A stretch of 64,000 nucleotides of DNA from Eubacteriales bacterium (lineage in GTDB: Bacteria > Bacillota > Clostridia > Oscillospirales > CAG-272): assembly GCA_045126815.1 (NCBI GenBank), contig JBGVPD010000014.1, positions 220-64,219 of the forward strand, written 5' to 3'. This document shows, in pieces, positions 9,265 through 18,974 of the stretch (the first letter of the stretch is position 1; every line of letters begins with the position of its first letter). The notes beneath the pieces were generated by a model, which was not told the origin of the DNA, did not search any database, and worked only from the letters and a program-made list of their open reading frames with translations. The position numbers and the translations under genes were made by a program.

Positions 9265-9657
9265 GTGATAAAAGAAAGAAATACTTATCAAAAGAATTTG
9301 ATAAAAGAAACTGTCTTGAATATGTGCACACACCCCTCGGCAGATTTAATTTTTGAACGTGTCAAGGAAAGCTGTCCGAATATAAGCCGAGCAACAGTAT
9401 ACCGTGTACTCAATCAGCTTGCAGACAAGGGTGAGATATACAGAGTAAAGGTTATAGACGGACCTGACAGATATGACAAGACTCTTTGCAAACATTACCA
9501 CGTAAAATGTTCTGACTGTGGCGAGGTTGCCGATGCTGAAATTACCGTGTTTGAAGACATGGAAGACAGAGCATCAAACAGTTCGGGGTACAGAATAACG
9601 GGACACGATATAGTGTTTAGTGGTATATGCCCTAAATGTATAGCAAATAATAAATAA
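9265..9657 (+). CDS. Fur-family transcriptional regulator (PerR-like)
   Basis: Winged-helix region plus two CxxC pairs (CSDCGE, CPKC). Immediately upstream of rubrerythrin. GTG 9265 chosen for 7-nt spacing from GAGGGAG, so the start is uncertain. Confidence 0.8.
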   Translation: MIKERNTYQKNLIKETVLNMCTHPSADLIFERVKESCPNISRATVYRVLNQLADKGEIYRVKVIDGPDRYDKTLCKHYHVKCSDCGEVADAEITVFEDMEDRASNSSGYRITGHDIVFSGICPKCIANNK

Positions 9658-9688
9658 AAAATAACTATATAATCAAAGGAGAACAATT

Positions 9689-10225
9689 ATGAACTTGAAA
9701 GGTACAAAAACAGAAGCTAATCTTATGGCTGCATTCGCAGGCGAATCTCAGGCAAGAAACAAATACACATATTTTGCATCTAAGGCAAAGAAGGAAGGCT
9801 ATGTTCAGATAGCTGCAATCTTTGAAGAGACAGCAAAGAACGAAATGGAACACGCAAAAATCTGGTATAAGCTCCTTCACGACGGTGTAGGAACAACAGC
9901 AGAAAACCTTCTTGACGCTGCTATGGGTGAAAACTATGAGTGGACAGATATGTACGCTACATTCGCAAAAGAAGCAAAAGAAGAAGGCTTTGACAGAATT
10001 GCATACCTTTTCGAAGCTGTAGGCAGAATTGAAAAGGAACATGAAAACCGTTACAGAAAGCTCCTTGAAAGAGTAAACGGAGAAGTAGTATTCTCAAGAG
10101 ACGGCGAAGCAATTTGGCAGTGCTCTAACTGCGGACACATTCACATCGGTAAGAAAGCTCCCGAAATGTGCCCCGTTTGCGAACATCCCAAAGCATATTT
10201 CCAGGTTAAAGCTGAAAACTATTAA
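9689..10225 (+). CDS. rbr: rubrerythrin
   Basis: 178 aa with a ferritin-like diiron domain and a C-terminal rubredoxin-like CSNCGH...CPVCEHP. Confidence 0.93.
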   Translation: MNLKGTKTEANLMAAFAGESQARNKYTYFASKAKKEGYVQIAAIFEETAKNEMEHAKIWYKLLHDGVGTTAENLLDAAMGENYEWTDMYATFAKEAKEEGFDRIAYLFEAVGRIEKEHENRYRKLLERVNGEVVFSRDGEAIWQCSNCGHIHIGKKAPEMCPVCEHPKAYFQVKAENY

Positions 10226-10240
10226 TTCAAAAATAACTTT

Positions 10241-10272
10241 AAAAGCCCGTGTGTTCACGGGCTTTTGTTTTT
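10241..10272 (+). terminator. intrinsic terminator
   Basis: AAAAGCCCGTG-tgtt-CACGGGCTTTTGTTTTT. Confidence 0.85.
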
Positions 10273-10347
10273 ATACTTATTGTAAAAACAGATAAAGTGT
10301 GATATAATATGATAAATTAAAAATATTGTTTGTGGAGACGTTTTTAT

Positions 10348-11301
10348 ATGAAAATAACGGTGCTTGATGCTGATACGTTAGGTAGAGATTTGTCACTTGA
10401 ACCTCTAAAGGAAGTCGGGGACGTAACAATATACAATTACAGTAACGTCGAAGAAGTGAAGGAAAGAATAGTTGACTGTGACGTTGTTATTATTAACAAG
10501 ATAAAGCTTAATTCAAGTAACCTACCGTTTGCAAAGAATTTGAAATTGATATGCATAGCGGCAACCGGTTATGACAACGTTGACGTAGAATATTGCAGAA
10601 ATCATAATATAGGTGTATGTAACGTTGTAGGGTATTCAACCAACAGTGTTGCGCTTTTAACAGTCTCTATGGCTCTGTCTCTTGTAACTCACTTGCGTGA
10701 ATATAACGATTATGTCGTGTCGGGAGAGTACACAAAGAGCGGTATACCGAATCGACTTGAACCTGCATTTCATGAGCTTGACGGAATGACGTGGGGAATT
10801 GTAGGTTTAGGTAATATAGGCAAAAAGGTAGCCGGAATAGCTGAAGCTTTTGGGTGTCACGTTTTGGCAAACAAGAGATCTTATGAAGAGGGATACAATA
10901 TCGTTTCACTTGATGAATTGATTGAAAAATCGGATATCATATCAATTCATACTCCTTTGACCGAGCAAACGAAAGGTCTTATCTCGGCAGAAAGAATTGC
11001 CAAAATGAAGAAAAATGCTATCGTTATTAATGTAGCACGTGGAGCTGTTTGCGATGAAGCTGCCTTAGCAACTGCAATTAAAGAAAATAAGATCGGCGGA
11101 ATTGGTATCGATGTATATTCAGTCGAGCCTTTTGGAACAGACCATCCTTTTTATGAAATAAAAGACAAAAGAAATGTACTGTTGACTCCGCATAATGCGT
11201 GGGGCGCTTATGAAGCGAGAAAACGCTGCCTTTGTGATATTATCGAGAATATCAAATCATTCTGTGAGGGCGGAAAAAGAAGCAGAGTTGATATAAAATA
11301 A
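10348..11301 (+). CDS. D-isomer-specific 2-hydroxyacid dehydrogenase (glycerate dehydrogenase-like)
   Basis: NAD-binding GIVGLGNIGKKVA is present. ATG 10348 (MKITVLD) was preferred over the 10330 start. Promoter TTGTAA-17-TATAAT at 10280-10308. Confidence 0.85.
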   Translation: MKITVLDADTLGRDLSLEPLKEVGDVTIYNYSNVEEVKERIVDCDVVIINKIKLNSSNLPFAKNLKLICIAATGYDNVDVEYCRNHNIGVCNVVGYSTNSVALLTVSMALSLVTHLREYNDYVVSGEYTKSGIPNRLEPAFHELDGMTWGIVGLGNIGKKVAGIAEAFGCHVLANKRSYEEGYNIVSLDELIEKSDIISIHTPLTEQTKGLISAERIAKMKKNAIVINVARGAVCDEAALATAIKENKIGGIGIDVYSVEPFGTDHPFYEIKDKRNVLLTPHNAWGAYEARKRCLCDIIENIKSFCEGGKRSRVDIK

Positions 11302-11305
11302 GCTG

Positions 11306-11334
11306 TTGACATTATAAAAAAATAGTGATATAAT
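11306..11334 (+). promoter_or_regulatory. sigma-A type promoter of the thrS leader
   Basis: TTGACA-17 nt-TGaTATAAT. Confidence 0.7.
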
Positions 11335-11344
11335 ACATTAAACA

Positions 11345-11622
11345 AAAAGTGTATAAGGCTATGACGGAAAGAGTAGTTTATCTCAAGTTTCACAGAGAGG
11401 GAAGCGTTGGTGGAAGCTTTCTAAAATGAGTAAAACGAAGACCGTTCCCGAGCTTCAATCTTGAAATTACAGTAGAGGTTGACGTAGTTTCTGCGTTAAA
11501 GAATACGGTTTTGACTGTAAGAAAAGTGAAAAATCAAGGTGGAACCGTGCAAGTGTTGACTATTTGCACCCTTGACAGTAGGTTATATTATTACCTATTG
11601 TTTTGGGTGCTTTTTGTTTTTG
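11345..11622 (+). promoter_or_regulatory. T-box leader, threonine-specific
   Basis: Stem I GA motif (GACGGAAAGAGTAG) and AGAGA box. Candidate Thr specifier ACC (or adjacent ACG) within AAACGAAGACCG. T-box sequence AATCAAGGTGGAACCGTGC (11531-11549). Terminator GCACCC...GGGTGC followed by TTTTTGTTTTT. Confidence 0.85.
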
Positions 11623-11654
11623 AAAAAATATATTTAAAATAAAGGTGAAAAGAA

Positions 11655-13454
11655 ATGAAAGTTATTTACAATGACGGCAGTGTTGACGTATGTCCTGTTG
11701 AAATGGAACTTGAAGTGCTTCGCCATTCGGCAGCGCACATTATGGCTCAGGCGGTAAAAAGACTTTATCCCGAAGCTATCTTTGCATACGGACCTGCAAC
11801 TGAAAAAGGTTTCTATTATGACGTAGACCTTGGCGAAACAAAGCTTAGCGACGAGGATCTCCAGAAGATCGAACAGGAAATGAAGAAGATCACAAAAGAA
11901 AATCTTCCTATAAAACCTTTCTCGCTTCCCAGAGCAGAAGCTATCGCTCTTATGGAAAGCAGAGGCGAAAAATATAAGGTTGAACATATCGACGATCTTC
12001 CCGAAGATGCTACGATTACATTCTTCCAGCAGGGCGACTATATTGATATGTGTGTCGGTCCTCATATTTGCTATACAAAGGCTCTTAAGGCGTTTAAGAT
12101 TATGGGACTTTCGGGTGCATACTGGAAGAACGATAAGAATAACAAGATGCTTACAAGAATTAAGGGTACTGCTTTTAATAACAACGAAGAACTAGAAGAA
12201 CACCTCAAAGCTCTTGAAGAAGCCGAAAAACGTGACCACAACAAACTCGGTAGAGAACTCGGTTATTTTACTACTGTTGAATCAATCGGACAAGGTCTGC
12301 CTGTGCTTTTGCCTAAAGGCGCAAGAGTTATTCAGCTTTTGCAGCGTTGGGTAGAAGACGTTGAGCAGAAGCACGGTTATCTTCTTACAAAGACACCTTT
12401 GATGGCAAAGCGTGATCTTTACCGTATTTCAGGTCACTGGGACCACTATCTTGACGGTATGTTCGTTCTTGGCGATCCCTATGATGAAGAAAAAGAATGC
12501 CTTGCTCTCCGTCCTATGACTTGTCCTTTCCAGTATCAAGTATATTTGAATCAGGCAAGAAGCTACCGTGACCTTCCTATGCGACTTGGTGAAACGTCTA
12601 CACTTTTCAGAAACGAAGACTCGGGCGAAATGCACGGACTTATCAGAGTACGTCAGTTTACAATTTCCGAAGGACACCTTGTTCTCCGTCCAGATCAACT
12701 TGAAGAAGAATTTAAAGACTGTCTCGGACTTGCGAAATACTGTCTTGATACAGTAGGACTTCTTGAAGACTGTACGTTCAGATTTTCTCAGTGGGATCCC
12801 AACAATACAAAGAAATATGAAGGAACTGCTGAACAGTGGGAAGAAGCTCAGGCTACTATGGAAAAGATACTCAATAACCTCGGCGTTGAATACGAAGTAG
12901 GTATTGATGAAGCGGCTTTCTACGGACCTAAGCTTGATATCCAGTATAAGAACGTATTTGGAAAAGAAGATACAATCGTTACTATCCAGATAGATATGCT
13001 TCTTGCTGAAAAGTTTGGTATGTACTATATAGACAGCGACAGCCAGAAGAAACTCCCCTATATCATTCACAGAACAAGCCTTGGATGTTATGAAAGAACA
13101 CTTGCATTCTTGATTGAAAAGTATGCGGGTGCACTTCCTACGTGGATTGCGCCTGAACAGGTAAGAATTCTTACTATTACTGACAGAGCGCTTGAACATG
13201 CAAAAGAAGTTAAAGACAGACTTGATAATCTTAACTACCGTGTAACACTTGATGACAGCCAGAATACTTTGAAATATAAGATCAGAAACGCACAAATGGA
13301 AAAAGTACCTTATATGATCATTCTCGGTGACAAAGACGTTGAAAACAAGACCGTATCTGTACGTCACAGATCCGGCGAAGATTTGGGTTCAATATCTCTT
13401 GACGAGTTTGAAAAAGTACTTGCTGACGTTGTTGGAAACAAGCTCAAAAAGTAA
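11655..13454 (+). CDS. thrS: threonine--tRNA ligase (short N-terminus)
   Basis: 599 aa with HSAAHIMAQAV (editing/second additional domain), a class II catalytic core and an anticodon-binding domain. Confidence 0.95.
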   Translation: MKVIYNDGSVDVCPVEMELEVLRHSAAHIMAQAVKRLYPEAIFAYGPATEKGFYYDVDLGETKLSDEDLQKIEQEMKKITKENLPIKPFSLPRAEAIALMESRGEKYKVEHIDDLPEDATITFFQQGDYIDMCVGPHICYTKALKAFKIMGLSGAYWKNDKNNKMLTRIKGTAFNNNEELEEHLKALEEAEKRDHNKLGRELGYFTTVESIGQGLPVLLPKGARVIQLLQRWVEDVEQKHGYLLTKTPLMAKRDLYRISGHWDHYLDGMFVLGDPYDEEKECLALRPMTCPFQYQVYLNQARSYRDLPMRLGETSTLFRNEDSGEMHGLIRVRQFTISEGHLVLRPDQLEEEFKDCLGLAKYCLDTVGLLEDCTFRFSQWDPNNTKKYEGTAEQWEEAQATMEKILNNLGVEYEVGIDEAAFYGPKLDIQYKNVFGKEDTIVTIQIDMLLAEKFGMYYIDSDSQKKLPYIIHRTSLGCYERTLAFLIEKYAGALPTWIAPEQVRILTITDRALEHAKEVKDRLDNLNYRVTLDDSQNTLKYKIRNAQMEKVPYMIILGDKDVENKTVSVRHRSGEDLGSISLDEFEKVLADVVGNKLKK

Positions 13455-13466
13455 TAACAAAAAAAT

Positions 13467-13495
13467 AAAAGCTCTCGGATTTCCGAGAGCTTTTT
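13467..13495 (+). terminator. intrinsic terminator after thrS
   Basis: AAAAGCTCTCGG-attt-CCGAGAGCTTTTT. Confidence 0.85.
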
Positions 13496-13555
13496 GTGTG
13501 CTTATATCTATTTTTGTGTGGGAGCCTATAACTGATTAAAAAACTATGTTTTTTG

Positions 13556-13632
13556 AAGTTTTGGTGGTGTCAAGAGGGCGCTTTTTTAAAAGCGCGCCTT
13601 TTGTCAGGGGTGCGGGGGCGAAGCCCCTGACA
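13556..13632 (+). repeat. 77-nt GC-rich two-hairpin intergenic repeat, copy A
   Basis: 73/77 identical to 51767-51843 in the same orientation. Sequence: aagttttggtggtgtcaagagggcgcttttttaaaagcgcgccttttgtcaggggtgcgggggcgaagcccctgaca. Confidence 0.85.
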
Positions 13633-13643
13633 GAGTGTGTCTT

Positions 13644-13675
13644 TTAAAAAAACTCCCCTCAAAACTGAGGGGAGT
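13644..13675 (-). terminator. intrinsic terminator after argF
   Basis: ACTCCCCTCA-aaac-TGAGGGGAGT followed by T7 on the - strand. Confidence 0.85.
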
Positions 13676-13688
13676 TTAAATATAATTT

Positions 13689-14675
13689 TTATGCCAAGGT
13701 TGCCGCCATAACGGCTTTTATTGTGTGCATACGGTTTTCCGCTTCGTCAAAGACGATGGATTTGTCGCTTTCAAATACTTCGTCTGTAACTTCCATACAG
13801 TCAATGCCGTATTTTTCGTAGATCTCCATACCCATTTTAGTTTTAAGGTCATGGAAAGAGGGAAGACAGTGCATAAAGCGACACTGTTCACCTGCTATAT
13901 TCATAAGCTTTGTCGTAACTCTATAAGGTGTTAAGTCTTTAATTCTTTCTTCCCAAACGTTAGCCGGTTCACCCATTGAAACCCAAACATCAGTATAGAT
14001 AACGTGAGCATCCTTTACTGCAATTTCGGGATCTTCAATAAATTCAAGTACAGCACCGGTGTTCTTTGCTATTTCAAGACACTGGTTTACAAGGTCGCTT
14101 TCGGGGAAGTATTTCTTGGGAGCACAAGCAACGAAGTGCATACCCATCTTAGCACATCCAACCATAAGAGAATTACCCATATTGTATCTTGCATCGCCCA
14201 TATAAACGAGTTTTTTGCCTTTAAGACTGCCGAAATGTTCTTTGATAGTCAAAAAGTCTGCAAGTATCTGTGTAGGATGAAATTCGTTTGTAAGTCCGTT
14301 CCAAACGGGAACACCTGCATATTTTGCAAGTTCTTCTACCAATTCTTGACCAAATCCACGGTATTCAATTCCGTCAAACATTCTGCCCAAAACTCTTGCT
14401 GTATCTGCAATACTTTCTTTTTTTCCTATTTGTGAACCCGTAGGATCAAGATAAACGGGGTGCATACCAAGGTCAGAAGCCGCAACTTCAAAAGCGCAAC
14501 GTGTACGGGTGCTTGTTTTTTCGAAAATCAAAGCGATATTTTTTCCCTCACAAAGACGGTGGGGAATACCGTTCTTTTTCTTAGCCTTTAATTCGGCAGC
14601 ATAATCTATAAGATAATCTATTTCCTCAGGTGTAAAATCTAAAAGTTTGAGGAAATGCTGATTTTTAAAATTCAT
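13689..14675 (-). CDS. argF: ornithine carbamoyltransferase
   Basis: STRTR and HCLP motifs are present. ATG 14675 (MNFKNQHF) lies 8 nt after SD AAGGAG. Confidence 0.93.
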   Translation of the reverse strand: MNFKNQHFLKLLDFTPEEIDYLIDYAAELKAKKKNGIPHRLCEGKNIALIFEKTSTRTRCAFEVAASDLGMHPVYLDPTGSQIGKKESIADTARVLGRMFDGIEYRGFGQELVEELAKYAGVPVWNGLTNEFHPTQILADFLTIKEHFGSLKGKKLVYMGDARYNMGNSLMVGCAKMGMHFVACAPKKYFPESDLVNQCLEIAKNTGAVLEFIEDPEIAVKDAHVIYTDVWVSMGEPANVWEERIKDLTPYRVTTKLMNIAGEQCRFMHCLPSFHDLKTKMGMEIYEKYGIDCMEVTDEVFESDKSIVFDEAENRMHTIKAVMAATLA

Positions 14676-14731
14676 AAAATGTCTCCTTAAGATGCTCAAT
14701 AAATGAGAAACTTTAAGCCTATGTGTTTATG

Positions 14732-15901
14732 TTATTCTTCGATCGCGGCTTTAATAACCTTAACTGCTTTTTCAAGCGCTTCCATAGGAATGTTAAGGGC
14801 AGGTAAAAGTCTTATCTTATCTTTTGCAGTAAGACAGAGAACGCCGTTTTCCATACATTTTTTCAGAACGTCAGAAGCAGTTTTTTCAGAAGGCTTAATA
14901 CCAACCATAAGTCCGAGACCGCTTACCGATTCAACACCCTTTGTGTTTTTTAAGGTGTTAAAAATGTATTCGCTTTTTGCCTTAACTTCAGCTAAAAGTT
15001 TTTCGTCAATTCTTTCAATAATGCTTACAGCACCAGCGCAACATACGGGGTTACCGCCAAATGTTGAGCCGTGATCGCCGAAGCCGAGTACGTTTTGAAC
15101 CTTTTCTCCGAGAAGAGTAGCGCCGAGAGGAAGTCCTCCGCCGATACCTTTTGCCGTTGAAACAACGTCGGGAGAAATGCCGTAATTCATATATGCATAG
15201 AGTTCGCCCGTTCTTCCGTTACCCGTTTGAACTTCGTCTATCATAAGTACGATATCGTTTTCTTTTGCAAACTTTGCCACGCCTTTTACAAATTCACCGT
15301 CAAGGGGAAGAACGCCGCCCTCACCTTGAATAATTTCCATCATAATTCCGGCAACCTTGTTTTCTTTTACGGTTTTGATAAGAGTATCAAGGTCGTTCGC
15401 AGGTGTGTGCACAAAACCGGGAGTCAAGGGTTGGAAAAGCTCGTGGTAATGCTCCTGACCTGTTGCAGAAAGTGTTGTCAACGTTCTGCCGTGGAAACTG
15501 TTTACAAGTGTTACTATTGTAGAATACTCGCTTCCTTTTTTATCGGCTGCATATTTTCTTGCAATTTTAATAGCGCACTCGTTTGATTCAGCTCCCGAAT
15601 TGCTGAAGAAAACCTTCTTCATACCGGTCTTTTCACAAAGAAGCTGTGCCAATTTTACGCAAGGCTGTGTGTAATAAAGGTTTGACATATGCTGAACTTT
15701 AGAAAGCTGTTCTTTGATCGCTTCCTGCCATACGTCATCGGAAATACCAAAGCTTGTAACGCCTATTCCCGAACCCATATCAATATATTCTTTGCCATTT
15801 TCATCGTATACGTAAGAACCTTTACCCGACACTATTTCAACGGGAAAACGGTTGTATGTGTTTGCAACGTATTCTTTGTCTAATGTTTTTATGTCAGTCA
15901 T
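14732..15901 (-). CDS. argD: acetylornithine aminotransferase
   Basis: 389 aa class III aminotransferase in an arg operon context. Confidence 0.9.
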   Translation of the reverse strand: MTDIKTLDKEYVANTYNRFPVEIVSGKGSYVYDENGKEYIDMGSGIGVTSFGISDDVWQEAIKEQLSKVQHMSNLYYTQPCVKLAQLLCEKTGMKKVFFSNSGAESNECAIKIARKYAADKKGSEYSTIVTLVNSFHGRTLTTLSATGQEHYHELFQPLTPGFVHTPANDLDTLIKTVKENKVAGIMMEIIQGEGGVLPLDGEFVKGVAKFAKENDIVLMIDEVQTGNGRTGELYAYMNYGISPDVVSTAKGIGGGLPLGATLLGEKVQNVLGFGDHGSTFGGNPVCCAGAVSIIERIDEKLLAEVKAKSEYIFNTLKNTKGVESVSGLGLMVGIKPSEKTASDVLKKCMENGVLCLTAKDKIRLLPALNIPMEALEKAVKVIKAAIEE

Positions 15902-16766
15902 TGTTATCTCCTACTACCATCGTACCTGCGCCCTCGTCGGTAAGTATTTCTACCAATATAGAATGAGGAACGCGTCCGTCCATAATGATTACTTTCTTAA
16001 CGCCTTCAATAATAGCCTCGATACAGCAGTCAACCTTAGGAATCATTCCGCCTGAAATAACGCCTTTTTTATAGAGCTGTTTTGCTTCGCTTACCGTTAT
16101 TTCGGAAATGAGTGACGTGGGATCATTTACGTCGCGTAAGAGTCCCGCTATATCGGTCATCATAATAAGTCTTTCAGCGTGTAATGCGCCTGCTATATAT
16201 GCAGCAGCAGTATCTCCGTTAATATTATATGAATTACCTTCAGAGTCACAGCCGATCGTTGAAACAACGGGAATATAACCTTTTTCGAGAAGGTCGTTGA
16301 TAGGCTCAATGTTGATCTTTGTTATTTCGCCTACGTAACCTAAAAGCTCGTTCTTCATTTTTGCTTCAATAAGGTGACCGTCCATACCCGAGATACCGAT
16401 AGCCTTGCCGCCCTTTGTACCCAAAAGGTTTACAAGGTTTTTGTTGACCTTACCTGCAAGAACCATTTGAGCTATATCCATAGTTTCGCTGTCTGTAACG
16501 CGGAGACCGTTTACAAATTCAGCTTTTTTGCCGACTTTGCTCATCATTTCGCTTATTTCGGGGCCGCCGCCGTGAACGAGAACGATCTTTATTCCGATCA
16601 AAGAGAGAAGAGCGATATCTTCCATAACCTGCTTTTTTAGTTGCTCGTTTATCATAGCGTTGCCGCCGTATTTTACAACAACGATTTTTCCGTTATATTT
16701 TTTAATATAGGGAAGAGCTTGTGTAAGCACTTCTGCGCGTTCCAAGTTTGAAATATTATTATTCAT
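15894..16766 (-). CDS. argB: acetylglutamate kinase
   Basis: VVKYGGNAM and VLVHGGGP motifs are present. ATG 16766 follows GGTGG by 8 nt. Confidence 0.92.
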   Translation of the reverse strand: MNNNISNLERAEVLTQALPYIKKYNGKIVVVKYGGNAMINEQLKKQVMEDIALLSLIGIKIVLVHGGGPEISEMMSKVGKKAEFVNGLRVTDSETMDIAQMVLAGKVNKNLVNLLGTKGGKAIGISGMDGHLIEAKMKNELLGYVGEITKINIEPINDLLEKGYIPVVSTIGCDSEGNSYNINGDTAAAYIAGALHAERLIMMTDIAGLLRDVNDPTSLISEITVSEAKQLYKKGVISGGMIPKVDCCIEAIIEGVKKVIIMDGRVPHSILVEILTDEGAGTMVVGDNND

Positions 16767-16821
16767 TAATTTAACCACCTGTTATTTTTATATTTAATAG
16801 CCGATAGGTTTCAAAAAAATA

Positions 16822-18042
16822 TTAAGTACGGTAATCTCCGTTAATTTTTACGTAATCGTAAGTTAAGTCACAGCCCCAAGCCGTTGCTTTTCCGTTTCCG
16901 TCACCTGCTGTAATAAGGATCTCGATTTCTTTTTCGAGAAGTATATCTTTTGCAAGTTCTTCTGAGAAATCAATTCCCGCGCCGTTCTTACATACGTCAA
17001 GTGTGCCCTTGCATGAACGGAATGAAACGTCGATCTTGTTTATGTCAACGTCAGCACCGCTGTAACCGATAGCGCAGAGAACACGTCCCCAGTTTGCATC
17101 AGCGCCGAACATAGCCGCTTTGAGAAGGCTTGAGCAAATAACGCTCTTTGCTATGATCTTTGCATTGATCTCGTCTTTTGCACCGGTAACATTACATTCG
17201 AGAAGCTTTGTTGCGCCTTCGCCGTCACCTGCAATCATTCTGCTGAGGTAAACGTTAACAGTGTTAAGAGCTTCCATAAATTTATTAAAATCTTCACCGT
17301 CGGTTGTGATCTCTTTGTTTCCTGCTTGTCCGTTTGCAAGAACCGTTACCATATCGTTGGTAGAGGTGTCTCCGTCAACGCTAACCATATTAAAGGTCGT
17401 TTTTATATCTGTAGAAAGAGCTTTTTGAAGCATTTCTGCTGAAATAGCAACGTCAGTCGTGATAAATACGAGCATAGTTGCCATATTAGGATGTATCATA
17501 CCGCTACCCTTGGCAATACCGCCCATACGGCAAATCTTACCGTCAAGTTCAAATTCAACTGCGATCTCTTTCTTTACAAGGTCGGTAGTCATAATTCCTT
17601 CAGCTGCATCGTCGCCGCCGTCTTTTGACAATGCTTCAACGAGAGGCTTAACGCCTGAAGCAATAGGTTCAAGGGGAAGGGGCTGACCTATAACGCCGGT
17701 AGATGCAACAACGATATCGTTTGCGTTTATTTTGAGTTCATTTGCGATAAGCTCACTCATTTTTTCTGCAACTTCAATGCCGTTTGCGTTACAAGTATTT
17801 GCGTTACCGCTGTTACAGATAACAGCCTGTGCCTTTCCGTCTGAAATATGTTTCTTTGTAACTGTAAGGGGGGCGCCCTTTACAAGATTGGTAGTATAAA
17901 CAGCAGCGGCTGTCGCTACGTTTTCACTGTATATCAAAGCAAGGTCTTTCTTTGTGCGGTTTTTTCTTATTCCGCAGTGAACTCCGCTTGCCTTAAATCC
18001 CTTTGCAGCACATACGCCGCCGGTAATTGTTTTCATAATCAT
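16822..18042 (-). CDS. argJ: bifunctional ornithine acetyltransferase / N-acetylglutamate synthase
   Basis: 406 aa containing the autoprocessing region ATMLVFITTD. The start could be 18042 or 18036. Confidence 0.92.
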   Translation of the reverse strand: MIMKTITGGVCAAKGFKASGVHCGIRKNRTKKDLALIYSENVATAAAVYTTNLVKGAPLTVTKKHISDGKAQAVICNSGNANTCNANGIEVAEKMSELIANELKINANDIVVASTGVIGQPLPLEPIASGVKPLVEALSKDGGDDAAEGIMTTDLVKKEIAVEFELDGKICRMGGIAKGSGMIHPNMATMLVFITTDVAISAEMLQKALSTDIKTTFNMVSVDGDTSTNDMVTVLANGQAGNKEITTDGEDFNKFMEALNTVNVYLSRMIAGDGEGATKLLECNVTGAKDEINAKIIAKSVICSSLLKAAMFGADANWGRVLCAIGYSGADVDINKIDVSFRSCKGTLDVCKNGAGIDFSEELAKDILLEKEIEILITAGDGNGKATAWGCDLTYDYVKINGDYRT

Positions 18043-18974
18043 TTAACCTCCGTAATCTTTAATCCCGTTGTTTCGTCAATACCCATAAGAATATTCATAT
18101 TCTGGATAGCCGCGCCCGAAGCACCCTTGCCTAAATTGTCAAATCTTGAAACAAGCAGGATCCTGTCTTCATTTCCTTTAACAGATATCTGCATATCATC
18201 AACGTCAGAAAATCTTGTCGCTGACATAAAACCATTTTCTTCATCTTCTTCGTCGTAGTGGAGAAGAGGGGAAGTGTATATGCTCTTATACAATTGTTTA
18301 ATATCTTCTATATTTCCCTTTATATCTTCGGCGAACAAGGGAACGGTAACTTCCATACCGCTATAAAAGTCGCCTACTATCGGACAAAACGCGGGAGAGT
18401 TCTCAAGTCCGCATATTGCCACCATTTCTTTTAAGTGTTTATGCTGTTGGGTGAGAGCGTACTGTCTGGGCCCCTTTAGAAGTGGTGAGCGTTCAGCTGA
18501 CTCATAATCTGCAATCATTTTCTTTCCTCCGCCCGAATAACCGGTAAGAGAGAAAGATGTAAGTTTTGCGTTTCTTTTAATTATACCCGCCTCAACTAAA
18601 GGCTGAACCAAAGCAACAAATCCACTTGCGTGGCAACCGGGGTTTGCAACCCTTTTTGATACTGCAATTTTTTCTCTTAAATTTTTAATTTCGGGGAAAC
18701 CGTACGTGAAGTCACTGTTTGTTCTGTGCGCCGTTGAAGTATCAATAATAGACGTATTATCATTTTCGATCAACGTTATCGCTTCTCTTGCTGCGTCGTC
18801 GGGGAGACAGAGGAAAGCAATATCGCACGAATTAAGAGCTTCTTTTCTGTATTTGTTGTCTTTTCTTTTTGAGTCGTCAAGAATAATAAGCTCAATATCT
18901 TTTCTTTCGGACAGTCTGTCATATATACGAAGACCGGTCGTTCCGGCGCTTCCGTCAATAAATACCTTAGTCAT
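18039..18974 (-). CDS. argC: N-acetyl-gamma-glutamyl-phosphate reductase (short form)
   Basis: GSAGTTG NAD motif and active-site GCHASG are present. ATG 18974 overlaps the argH stop (ATGACTAA). Confidence 0.88.
   Translation of the reverse strand: MTKVFIDGSAGTTGLRIYDRLSERKDIELIILDDSKRKDNKYRKEALNSCDIAFLCLPDDAAREAITLIENDNTSIIDTSTAHRTNSDFTYGFPEIKNLREKIAVSKRVANPGCHASGFVALVQPLVEAGIIKRNAKLTSFSLTGYSGGGKKMIADYESAERSPLLKGPRQYALTQQHKHLKEMVAICGLENSPAFCPIVGDFYSGMEVTVPLFAEDIKGNIEDIKQLYKSIYTSPLLHYDEEDEENGFMSATRFSDVDDMQISVKGNEDRILLVSRFDNLGKGASGAAIQNMNILMGIDETTGLKITEVK

Noticed and set aside
12429-13367. 312-aa ORF antisense to thrS. Similar long antisense or shadow ORFs occur at 2734-3375, 7189-7785, 14004-14435, 28155-28628, 35989-36573 and 41209-41737.
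   Set aside because: Each lies entirely inside a well-supported housekeeping gene on the opposite strand or in another frame. Their translations are low-complexity (F/S/C/K-rich) and they lack an SD or promoter. This is typical of stop-poor antisense frames.
13455-13688. Strand-orientation switches at about 13.5 kb and 48.9 kb as possible replication terminus/dif or origin.
   Set aside because: I found no dif-like 28-mer and no cluster of DnaA boxes; only isolated TTATCCACA-like words occur inside genes. There are also no dnaA, dnaN or xerC/D neighbours. I cannot compute GC skew reliably by eye.
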